IMG/VR virus record: IMGVR_UViG_3300044732_000737
Coordinates: 1-64,000 of that record
DNA length: 64,000 nucleotides
Source of the DNA: a virus
Direction: 5' to 3' (one strand)
Shown here piece by piece: positions 28,801-38,800 of this stretch. Each line of letters opens with the position of its first letter. Position 1 is the first letter of the stretch. The position numbers and the translations under genes are program-made. The notes below the pieces were generated by a model, which saw only the letters and a list, made by a program, of their open reading frames with translations, was not told the DNA's origin and ran no database searches.

Positions 28801-31651
28801 TTGGGTTTCCGGGTTGAGTTGGAGACCATTGGTATAGTGTAGCTGTTGCATATTTAGCTCCAGGATCTCCTGGGTCTCCTTTAACTCCAATTCCAGTTGC
28901 ACCAGTTATTGCCTTTGATAAAGAAATTTCCTTTGAAAGAATAATGTTATCAATACCTAGAGTTAAATAAATAGTTGCATATTGATCATTAATTGCAGTT
29001 ATAGTAACTACGCCTTGAGAAATAGTAGCATTACAACCTACTGGATTAATTGAGTATGAAATTTCTGCTGGAGGCACTACATTTAAACCTCTGTAAAGAT
29101 ACATCTCTACAGTTTTAGGTAGTTGACCAGCTAAGGGAACTCCATCTTTATTACAAGTAAAGGTTAACGAATCATTTGATAAAACTATTGCATAAGGTAA
29201 GGCATCTTCTGCAGGTATTAAATTTGTCAACGCAGTTGTTGCCATGTTAGATAATCTACCTGCCTTGGACAACGCCCTTACACCAAAAATTGTTTTACTT
29301 ATTCTTAGTGCTGGAAGATTAAAGGTAGTATCTGTAGTTCTACCTAGCTCAGTCCATATAATTTGGTTGTTTACATCTATATTGCCTGGAATATAATAGT
29401 AGGTAATATAAGAGTCTAATGCACTTGTATCTACGCCAGTCCAAGATAATCGACCTGAAGAGTTTAAGATTTCAGTGTCTTGTTGTGTATAGGATAAGTT
29501 AGTAGGAGTGCCAAATACAAAGTTGTAAATGTTAGGTGTTTTGATATATTCGTTATCGTTAACATTCCATGCCAACTGCGTAGAGTCAAACCTAGTAGCA
29601 TTAACTTCACAAACACCTTCTTCAGTAATCTTTACTTCATTTACTCGTAAATAAAGATCAGTACCTACTCCTAGATTTAGAGTAGTACTATTTAGCTTTA
29701 TAAAGTCACCTGGCTCTAAAAATTTGTCTTTGATTACATATTTAAATTGTATACCAAACGCACTACGGCTAACACGAACTAATTCTTCAGCCTTAGCTAG
29801 TGCATGGTAGTAGTCTGTAACACCATCAGCAAAGATATCTGTCTCTAATTCTAATCCGTTATCCTCGGCTTTCATTGCATTGTAGATAGCCGCATCATTA
29901 ACAATAGTCAAAAAGCTAGTATAGTTTTCAGATCTAGTAGTCCAAAAGATAAATGCACCTTTACTGATTTTAACGGCAACACCTTTAGAGCCAACGTTAT
30001 CATCAGTACCTTGTACTCGAATACGATACTCTGTATTTGCAGTTAAAGCAAAACTACCCGTCTTAGTAGTATTAAAATTTCCATGACTATCAGAGTAAAC
30101 TGGAGTACCATTAGCAGTAGTTACTGTAATTGTACAATTATTATCCGCTGTAAATTCAATATTAAAAGTCCCAGTTTCTTTTACAAAGAACTTCCATGTT
30201 TGGTCAAAGGAAGAACCCGAACCCGACCATACCGCATATTTCTTAAGAAGATTACCACCTGCATTATCAGGCCAACCTTTGTCTTCTGCTACTGGATATT
30301 TAAATCCACCAATACCTCTTAGAGATGTACCTGAAACTTTTGGAGGCCAAGATACTGTATCTTCTTTGAAGTTTTCGGATTCATTGTGGAACCTTACAGT
30401 ACATTGATTTAGTCTCTCACTAGAGCTTGGCCAATTAATATTGACTGTGTTATCTAAGATTAAATCAGAATCTGTTAAGTTTGCAGCAATAGTTATTGCT
30501 TCATTATTTGCAGGATATTGCAAATTAAGTTTATATTTTCCACCTGACCATACCAATCTGGCATCACCCATTGTAGAAAGAATAATCTCTACATTTTCTC
30601 TTAATGGCTTTTGAGTATCAATAATTGCATTACACTCGTATAACCTTACATCTCTAGAAGCAGCTAATGGGGTTATTCCTTCTGCTCCAGAGCTACCATC
30701 TGTAGGGAAATAAACCTTACCACCAACAAGCGCATCCTGTAATACTACTTGATCGCAAATTACTTTTGCATTGTAAAAAGATTCTAAGTCTATCAAAGAG
30801 ATATCCATACCCTTGCCAGAGGTTTTATCTAGTAAATAGTCTAGTAAACACAAAGCAGAATTGTTAGAATAATTTAGTGTCGGTGTTAAAGCGTAAGTAT
30901 AATTATCTACTGTACCTGACCTAATAATATTCTTTATCTTTTTACCTTCAATAAAAAACTGTAGCATAGGTACGCCATTAAATGCAGGATTATCCCTATC
31001 TAATTTTACTACAACAGAAGCGTATGCAATACCTACAGTATTTTTTACTTGTGTAAATACAGAATTAACTCTTTCAGGATTATTAGCCGACATTACACTA
31101 TCTGCAATGGCAGAATCACCGTAGTGTAAATCAATACGAGTTCCCGAATTTAGTTTAGTCTCTGTATAAATATTTGGGTTTTCAGCATCTCCACTATCGT
31201 ACGTGGTAGTAGCAGATGAATTTAAGTCCGGATCATCAGAATAGCGGGACTCATCATAGACAACATCATACACATTGCTAATTGGACCCTGACATAAGGC
31301 CTGTTGGAAAAACAAAAATTCATTGTTCTTTCCATTTATATTGTTATTAAATCCAGGATTAGTAATTACTTTATCGCTATTAGGTGTTGTATATACATAA
31401 TTGCTAGCTACATTATGGTAGGATCTAACCCCACCTACCTTTGCTCTTCCGTAAACAATAGGTAAGGTGACACCCTCTCCTTCCACTACAAGCTCATAAC
31501 CTTTTCTTGCTTCTGCAGCTGCTTGGGCTGCTTTCTTCATTTTTCTAGCTTGAACAATTTGATATGAGATTGATGCAATTGTAATCCATGTGCTTACTGT
31601 TAAACTAAAAATTTTGTAAGCTAATATCTCTGCCATTATACCTTCCCCCAT
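25814..31651 (-). CDS. Tail tip / central tail fibre (lambda J-like) protein
   Basis: LPIVYGRAKVGG, NSALCLLDYLL, YECNAIID, FN3-like region, collagen-like GDPGDPG, Gly/Thr-rich repeats; position after distal tail genes. Confidence 0.85.
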   Translation of the reverse strand: MGEGIMAEILAYKIFSLTVSTWITIASISYQIVQARKMKKAAQAAAEARKGYELVVEGEGVTLPIVYGRAKVGGVRSYHNVASNYVYTTPNSDKVITNPGFNNNINGKNNEFLFFQQALCQGPISNVYDVVYDESRYSDDPDLNSSATTTYDSGDAENPNIYTETKLNSGTRIDLHYGDSAIADSVMSANNPERVNSVFTQVKNTVGIAYASVVVKLDRDNPAFNGVPMLQFFIEGKKIKNIIRSGTVDNYTYALTPTLNYSNNSALCLLDYLLDKTSGKGMDISLIDLESFYNAKVICDQVVLQDALVGGKVYFPTDGSSGAEGITPLAASRDVRLYECNAIIDTQKPLRENVEIILSTMGDARLVWSGGKYKLNLQYPANNEAITIAANLTDSDLILDNTVNINWPSSSERLNQCTVRFHNESENFKEDTVSWPPKVSGTSLRGIGGFKYPVAEDKGWPDNAGGNLLKKYAVWSGSGSSFDQTWKFFVKETGTFNIEFTADNNCTITVTTANGTPVYSDSHGNFNTTKTGSFALTANTEYRIRVQGTDDNVGSKGVAVKISKGAFIFWTTRSENYTSFLTIVNDAAIYNAMKAEDNGLELETDIFADGVTDYYHALAKAEELVRVSRSAFGIQFKYVIKDKFLEPGDFIKLNSTTLNLGVGTDLYLRVNEVKITEEGVCEVNATRFDSTQLAWNVNDNEYIKTPNIYNFVFGTPTNLSYTQQDTEILNSSGRLSWTGVDTSALDSYITYYYIPGNIDVNNQIIWTELGRTTDTTFNLPALRISKTIFGVRALSKAGRLSNMATTALTNLIPAEDALPYAIVLSNDSLTFTCNKDGVPLAGQLPKTVEMYLYRGLNVVPPAEISYSINPVGCNATISQGVVTITAINDQYATIYLTLGIDNIILSKEISLSKAITGATGIGVKGDPGDPGAKYATATLYQWSPTQPGNPNNISAYNWTTGTNSAYAGGNNWLTYISTNPGTSGIQLWTATKSITAAGGTVDTVVDWSSGVTIASITSNGATGLPGLQVARPTVYRWAASLPAGPVGSSTYTWATSSFNNVPTDWNSTIQNPPSPGFTLWAASVNISDSATTTSTQINWTNASIVAISYAGTNGTNGSPGSPGQQGASARICYSKTTLTSLASTPSTITTSGINSYPANGSWGADTVWQATPPVISAGESVYQSDGVYDPVTNNTIWNVPYLSALKVGSLSAITTNTGNLTVSGTIKSSTAEISGTTMTGAGAVVYSNGQFAVGNTNNNITYNGSVITLNGQVVVPSNIDTRGLTIKDASGNVIFGSGTNLDFSRITASSGWLNSNISIASNGTLSGAGGGTVTATGINAVQTSLGNAPAGILNNNIGLTLNSNGTLSVSGGPVASGGVTATGINAVQTSLGNAPAGILNSNISLSSNGTLNNAGGGTVTISGLGYSGALDATKNVFTQGAIASRPTGADGDIFYATDIFQLYQKISGSWVLAANNTSVDASGIIRGTSTGAGTAVANSQITISGGAISGIGTGTGTLVANSAITISSGSINGIGTGTGTVVANNEINIVNGALSGIGTGTGTVVANSAIAVSGGNITGIGTGNNTAVANSAISVSGNTINGIGTGNGTAVANSAISIGSDGTLYGAGGGVVTAGGLGAVRTDLVNAPAGILNSNITLGTLGAGGFATLNTITSGNVSTYISGAAIGTAQVGILTAGNIGAGTIDASKIAANTITADKINSGTVFTNSLQVGGSPAVSGTSMTGSGGILNSTGTFALGNSSTNISYNGSQMTLNGNVVATGNINTNAVTTAAYGSYNGFHRWWQGSVYGPLVDTFASISFYANAGDVVLLEATFDPRVNTLYPYIWDEYTYISVLRAQLQFNGVVVTETKSSNITNLGGISDTSPITALEGWVSSKVIRATATVSTSGTQTLSLNGYSYGLAGGFGNGGSYAFQNIVLSAFIRRR
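26800..27200 (-). repeat. Tandem 23-aa (69-bp) repeats ANSAIxxSGxxIxGIGTGxGTxV within the tail tip protein
   Basis: At least five consecutive units visible in the translation; boundaries approximate. Confidence 0.8.
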
Positions 31652-32232
31652 TTAAGTTGTAAAACTCCTGAGCCTTCATAAATTTGGTCAAAGGCAGTAT
31701 CCGAGGAATCTCTAGATGCAGATGCATCCTTTGTTGTATAAAAAGGTTTAGTCATATCCAAATCATTCATTGGGCTTGAACAGCCAATATTTAAAAGGAC
31801 TTCACCTGTTTCTGCAGTATTTATACTATAGTCTGTAGAGTCAATTGCTCCACGATAAATTGTAATGATATTTGAAATATCTGTCTCTACTTGTTTAGTA
31901 GTTTGATTTACAAAGCCTAATTTTACATCTACGATTTTCCCTATTAAACCAGAATCAATAGTTGCGCCAAATGTAAAATTTGGATCTGCAAAACTAATTT
32001 TAAATAGTTCTCTATCTACAGTAGATGATAGCTTAGGTGTATCAATTCTAACAATCTTACCATCACCTAAATAGGTTGCAATTGGTGTTACACCATTATA
32101 AATTGTTAGCTCTCTAAAGTAAGTAGAGGTCTTATAAGAATTAGTAGGAGATAACACTACCTCTACTAAATAAAAAGCCTCTATTACTGGTTGTGCCAAT
32201 ATATCTTGGACTGTTTGACTGAATTTTATCAT
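31636..32232 (-). CDS. Minor tail protein (tail tip assembly)
   Basis: Position between the distal tail and tip genes; ends DTAFDQI...LKWGK. Confidence 0.7.
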   Translation of the reverse strand: MIKFSQTVQDILAQPVIEAFYLVEVVLSPTNSYKTSTYFRELTIYNGVTPIATYLGDGKIVRIDTPKLSSTVDRELFKISFADPNFTFGATIDSGLIGKIVDVKLGFVNQTTKQVETDISNIITIYRGAIDSTDYSINTAETGEVLLNIGCSSPMNDLDMTKPFYTTKDASASRDSSDTAFDQIYEGSGVLQLKWGKV

Positions 32233-32819
32233 AATTTTTCTAATAACCTTATCTGTCCTGTATCCATTAAGATACCATCACTATAAACCATTCCTGTGAC
32301 TACATCTGTATCATATAAACATTCCATCTGAACATTATCTCCATAAGTCATAGTTCCTGCTACATTTGAAACAAGAGGAGGAAATATCGTTAATACTCCA
32401 TTACCTGTTAAATTAGCAGTAGTCATATAAACTTTAGAATGATTTGAAAACTTTACAAATGTACCTTTAGGTAATAAATTAAAGAGTCCAGTTGAAATAA
32501 CAACTTGACTTTGACCAGCTACCCCTGAAACTGTAGGGATTCCAACAGCTGTTCTAGCTTTAACAACTCCATAGTTTTGGGGTACAATTACTGTCACTGT
32601 TTCAGAATAACCCTTAGTCACTAAATTAACCATTAGGTCTTGAGCATCAGTCGTAAGAGGCTCAAGGCCAGCGTCGATTTCCCAACGTTGAGCACTCCTA
32701 CGGCTAATAAATCGTTTTAGTGATAGGGTATCTGAAACGAAGACTGGCTGATTGCTTTTGATTGTTAGCGGTGCTGTGAATCTTGCAATCACCTCTCCAT
32801 TGTCATAGATACCATACAT
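32229..32819 (-). CDS. Distal tail protein-like
   Basis: Directly after TMP; AQRWEI, GTFVKFSNHSKVYM, IFPPL. Confidence 0.7.
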   Translation of the reverse strand: MYGIYDNGEVIARFTAPLTIKSNQPVFVSDTLSLKRFISRRSAQRWEIDAGLEPLTTDAQDLMVNLVTKGYSETVTVIVPQNYGVVKARTAVGIPTVSGVAGQSQVVISTGLFNLLPKGTFVKFSNHSKVYMTTANLTGNGVLTIFPPLVSNVAGTMTYGDNVQMECLYDTDVVTGMVYSDGILMDTGQIRLLEKL

Positions 32820-32823
32820 AATT

Positions 32824-35800
32824 TTACCTTAATCCTTTCTCTCTATTGTGGGAGTTAACCCCCTCAGCAATAGATGGGAGCATTCTATAAATTTCCGATT
32901 TTGTTTGACGACTAATATCGCCTGTAATATTTAGATTAATTACTTGTTGATTTTGATTAGACATTGCAGAAGCAACTCTAGCTTGTTGGGCCTCATTTAG
33001 GATAACTTCACCTGCATGAGCAAGTACTGGAGTAGCACTACCCATGTTGCCAGGAATAACACCACCAGCAGCAAATCCAGGCAAGAAACTAAAGAAAGAG
33101 CTAAGACCAGAGAATCCTTTACTAAAGAAATCTCCAATACCACTTCCAAAGACCTTCAGTTTATCTGCGAATCCACCTAGTATACCATCTTTATTACCTA
33201 TCAGACCTTCAAGTCCTTGAGTAATTTTTACATACATTGGTTTTGCTTCAGAAGAGCCTAGCTCTCCAAATATACTTGTACCTAAAGATTGACCTAAGCT
33301 TTTACTAATATCCCTAAATAAAAAGTCACCTATTTGATTAGAAAAGTTATCTATAACCGTGTTACTAAAAGCGTCAAAGAATGCTTTACCGGCATTATCC
33401 TTGCCTTTCAAAATGTCAGAGATTAAAGTCTTTCCTTGACCCAAGAAAGCTTGTTGTAATGATTGTTGACGAGATCTTTCGTCAGTAATTTGTCTTTCTT
33501 GTTCAATTAAAACAGCTCTTCTAGCAATTAGTCCTTGTAAAGTTTCACCTTCAAGTAATTGATTGTTACTAATTTTCTCGTTTAGTTTGTCTAATTCAAT
33601 TCTATCTTTAATTAGCTTATTCTTTTTAGCCTCATCAAGACCTAAAATAACGGTAAGATCTAACCCAAGTAATGCAGCTTGTTTGCCTAAAGTATTCGCA
33701 GTAAGTAGTTCTTTTCTTTGTCTTTCAAGATTCTTCTTACGTTGTTCTGCCCTAGCCCTCTCATCTAGATTAGCCTGAGTAGCCCCTTTAGTTTGCAAGT
33801 TCTTGATCTTCTCTTCTTCGTCAATTATCTTCTTAGTCAATGCAAGGATATTTTCTCTTGTTTTTGCATCATAAGATAAATAATCAGCTAAATCAATATT
33901 TAAAGAGGCTAATGCGTCTTTTAATGATAACCCTAGTAATTTACTTGCTTCCTCTGTTTTGGCTTTAATTGTTGCTTTATTCTTAGAGAAATCAAGTAAG
34001 TTAGCCAATAAAGATTTGCTTGGATCATATTTTTGATCTAATGCAGTTTCAATATCTTTAGATATTGCAGTAATTTTACCTATAGTTTCTGCAGAAAGTT
34101 CTCCAAAAGATTTATCTAATAAATCAGGAGAAAACCTAAATAATTCCGTAAATGTATTGTTTAAAGTTTTAGGGCTAACTTTATCATCAAATTCTTTAAT
34201 CTGTTTATCTAAAGTTTCTTTAAATTCTCCAGCCTTAACTAAATCAAGTGGTAACCCAGTTTTACTTTTTGGTAAGCTATTAATATTACTAATAGTAATA
34301 CCAATTTTAGTTAGATCATTAATTACTTCAGTTAAAGGTATTTTAGATTTAATTACATCATCTATCTTTGATTTGACATTTGATTTATTAAGCTGATCTT
34401 CTAAATTCTCTAAGGCAGTCTTTTCTTTCTCTTTTGGCTTAGGTGTAAAACCTTCACGAATTTTTCTAATTTCCTCGGTTACTACCTTACCCCTAGCAGC
34501 AATTTGTTTTCTAACTTTATCTAAATCACCTCTACCCCCTACTGTTGTATTTTCAATTTGTGAGGCTTGTAGTTGTAATTGATTAGCTTCAGTTATTAAG
34601 CTTACTAATTTTTGTTGATCCTTAAGCGGAGCAGAGTAAATTTTACTAAAATCAGATAATGCATTAAAGTTAAGATTAAGCAATGCATCCGCAAATCCAC
34701 TAGAAGCTGCCTTTGCTTGGTTTAATTGGTAAGTAATACCTACAGTCTCTAGTCTAATTCTTTGAGCTAAACTTTCTGCTTTCTTAAAATCTTCACCTAT
34801 TCTTGCTGCTTCTAATTCTTTAGTTAATACACCAACATTTCTAATTCTATCGTATAATGCCGTAAATTGGCGCTCACCTAAGTTTAACAAGTCAACCCAA
34901 TTAACACCAGAAATATTTGCAGTTTTTAATGCTGTTTCTATTTGATACTTAATAGTATCAGAAGCACCTTTTTCTAACTGTAATGAGACATCAATTTTTA
35001 TATCAGAAATTGCTGCATTTATATTTGAGGCTTCAGTTGCATCTTTGGTCTTAAGTAGCTGGGCTTGTAACTGTTTTAGCTTCTCAACTTTATCTTTTAG
35101 TCCAGGAAGATCTTCAACATTAAACACACCGTTTGCATCGTAGGATATTTTTAGAGCATCTAAATTTTCTTTAAGATTTTTAATGTCCCCTTGAAATACT
35201 GTAACTTCAATATTACGAACTTTAACATCTCTAGCACGAGTAGCAACTGCAGCATAATCTTTTACAGCCTTTTCTAATTCTTCTTTTGCCTGTTGGATAT
35301 CTGCTCTCTGTTGAGCCCTTTCTTCAGGAGAAAGAAAGAATCCACGGAATCCTTCTGCATTACGAAGATTTTTGAGTGCCTCATCTCTTGCTTGCGCTGT
35401 TTTATTAATAGAAGCAACAAGTTGTTGTCTTTCTTCTCCTAACAAATCCCCTTTACCAATATCCGCAAATTCTTGAAATGCAAAATCAATTAATGCTGCT
35501 GAGTCAATAATGTCTTGACCTAAATAAGATACATCTGTCCTAATACTATTAGTTAACCTTTTGCTCCAATCACTAAAAATTTCAGCTGATTGATCTCCAT
35601 TTAAAATTAAACCTATTCTTTGACCAAAGTTAGTAAAGAATCCATAAGCAATGTTTGCATCAAATAGTTCATTGAATGGAAATGCAAAGAAGTTATAGAG
35701 CGCATCTAAAGGATAAGCAACCACTCTAGCTAATGCAGAAGTAGCAACCTGACTTACCTCAGCAGCTAATTTTAATATAGACTTCTCAACTTTTGCAGGT

Positions 35801-38800
35801 TCTGCTTTAAAGTTTAAAGTAGCAATTCTAGCATCAAAGGCAATATCTTGCCCTTGGGTTTTGCTAACTCTTTCACTAAACTTTTCATATCTATTTAATA
35901 AAGTTTCTATTTGCTTTGTTGTCTTCTCTGAAACTTCACCAAGCTCTTTTGATTCTTCTTTAGCTGCGCCTATAGATTTTTCTATAGCTTTTGACAAACT
36001 AGTAAACTCACTTACATCTTTTGGATTAATGTATTTTAAAGAAATTTGATCAGAAGAATTATTAAACTTAGTTGATAACTCAGGATTAATTTGTTTTAGG
36101 TTATTAGAAATATTAGTTGCACGTTTGCTAAACTTTTCAAACTGGCTAAATTCTTGAATAGCTCTTGGTATTGCTTCCTTTATACCTGTAGTAAACTCAA
36201 TCAAGGTGTTAGTTGTTTTTCTTAAACCATCACTAAACTTTTCTGTGAATGTGTCCCCATCACCAATAGTATAAATTAAAGCTCCAAATAAAGTAATAAC
36301 CCCAGTTGCTGCTGCTGCAGTACCTGTTAAAATAGGTATGAGTCTAGCTAACCAAGATACTTTATTCGAAGGGCCCATTAGAGCTGCATCTTTTAATAAT
36401 CCAAATTGTTTTAACACAAACTCAAAAGCCTTTGAGACGCCTGCACGAACAGAAGAACTACTTAGTAAAAACCATCCTAGTAAACCGCCTTCTAAAGCAT
36501 AATTAGATACTGTAGCAGCAATGTCCATTACTCCAGCTTTTGCTTCAGTAGTAAATAAAGTAATTAATGCACTTAATGCGATTACTGTACCTGCTTTACC
36601 GAATAATATTTTTCCGATTGCGCCTGTAGTTCCAAAAGTAGCGCCTAAACCCGCTAGTCCAGTAAATTTACCTTTTACAAACTCTAGGAATAAGTCTAGT
36701 TCCGCCTTTATTTTACTAGCTGCATTTAGCCCAGTAGCAGAGTTTAATATTGTATTTTTACTTACATCATTAGCTGCTTCTTTAGCAATACTACTTGCAG
36801 TGTTAACATAACTACCAAATGAATATGTTACTCCATCTGGTTTAGAACCAAGTATGAGGGCTTTTAGTAAGGAATCACCTGTCTTTGTAGCAGATGCAGC
36901 CTTATCTGCAGATTCTTTTGCTGTCTTAGTGAAATTACTAAACATATCTTTATCCATGCCAGCACCAGCCATTGAGAAGTCAGCAGCAGTAAAGCCACCT
37001 TTCATTCCTGCCTTTGGTCCAAAAATAAAATCAGATAAGGATAGTCCACCAGCTAAGAAAGATTTCTTACGTTCTTCATCAGTTACCCTCTTAATACCAG
37101 TAAACAATTTAGCAATTGTTGACTTTGCATTAGTTAGAATAGTTCCAGCAACGGTGCCATTATCAAATAATCTGGCAAACATATTTTGTAATACTGAACT
37201 ACCTGCAGTTTGTGCAGTGATCATTGCTGTAATCTTTAAAAGAATACTCCTGACAGTATCAACTAGAATTTTACCGGCTACATCTCTACCTAAAATTGCA
37301 GTAAGTAAAAGTGGTGTTGCAACAAATGCGGCCTGTACAAAGTTTACTTCTTTTGTAAATACAGAGAGCAAAGCTGTAATACCGGCTACAGCGAAAGCGA
37401 CATCAACCTTATCACCAAACACACGTTTAATAATTGATTCTTGTGTAAGTTTCTGTGTAGCGCTAGAAGATAAGATACCTCCTAATCCTTTGCTAACTTC
37501 TGAAATTTGTTTTGTAATTTGATCAAAACCAACAACTCCAAATATCATTAAAGGTAAAATCCCAGTTTCACCTAATGTTAAAAGATTTAAAATACCTTTA
37601 ATACCATTACCAATAAGACCTAAATCACCTAGGAATTCGTTAATAAAACCTGAGCTAAAGCTTATGATTGCTCCGATAATAGAAGGGATTTCTTCAACAG
37701 CACCTTTTAATAAAGTTGCAAGAGTAGAACCTAAGTTCTTACCAATTTCACCAATGATTGAAAAATCAAAAACAGAGGATAATCCATTTTCTAAAGCAGA
37801 ACCTAAATTCTTTGCTAGATTAATTCCTAATACAGCAACAAAAGTAGATAATGCTGCGGGACTAACTAAAGAGGCAATAATGCCACCAACAACGGCAGTA
37901 GACGCAACCCTAGCTGCTTTTTCTAATGAATCAGAATTAATTGATAACGTGTCTGTAATTTGTCCGCCAAAGTCACCAAAAGAAAAATCTTTCCTTGATA
38001 GGTTACTAAATAAGTTTATTACGGAAGAACTAAAAGCTTTTATTTTCCTGGTACCCTCAGATACTAATTTATCTGACCAGTCCAAAATTCCTTCTACCAT
38101 GTCTGGCCAGTAAGAACGACCAACTACTTTATCGTAAATATCGAAAAATACCGCTTTAACTTTAATTCCAAAGGCACGAATATCAAGATACACATTGTTT
38201 AAAAGTTTAGTATACTTGTCTATTCTTTTTACACTCTCCTCATAATATCCAGCGTACTGTAGCTCAATCCCAAGGTTATGCCTAGCTCGCATTCCAATAC
38301 CTGCAGCCGCCCTAACTAGAGCTGCATTACCTCTTCCAACTTGTTCAGTTGCTGATTTATAAAAACCAGATAAAGAGGAAAATAAATTTGAGGAAAAAGA
38401 AGAACTTAAAGCATCTTTAAATTTAATACCAAAAGTAATAAATAGTCTTAATGTGTCATCAAGTAAAGTTATAATTGAGTTTTTAACTGCCTTTGTAGAT
38501 ACTTGAAACCCTGTTGCAAATTTGTTTATGTTTAAAAGTCCAATTGATGAAACCATTAGCACTAAACTATTTGTAACACTTACAGCAAACTTCTCGGTGT
38601 ATGCGGAAAATCCAGAAAGGCTAAAGATAAATCGGCCAATAGTATTTGACACGTTACCTAATACACCTCCAAATGACCTTCCTAATTCAATTAAATATGA
38701 ACCAACAGATTGTGTTGCTAACTGGAAAGCAATAATAAATTTTTGGAAAATGACTGCGCCTAGTCTGTCAAAGAGTCTTATTATTTCAGATACATAATCT

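Noticed and set aside
33563-38797. Plus-strand ORFs inside TMP (e.g. 36854-37522)
   Set aside because: Fully nested antisense frames with no recognisable motifs; the genome is otherwise unidirectional.
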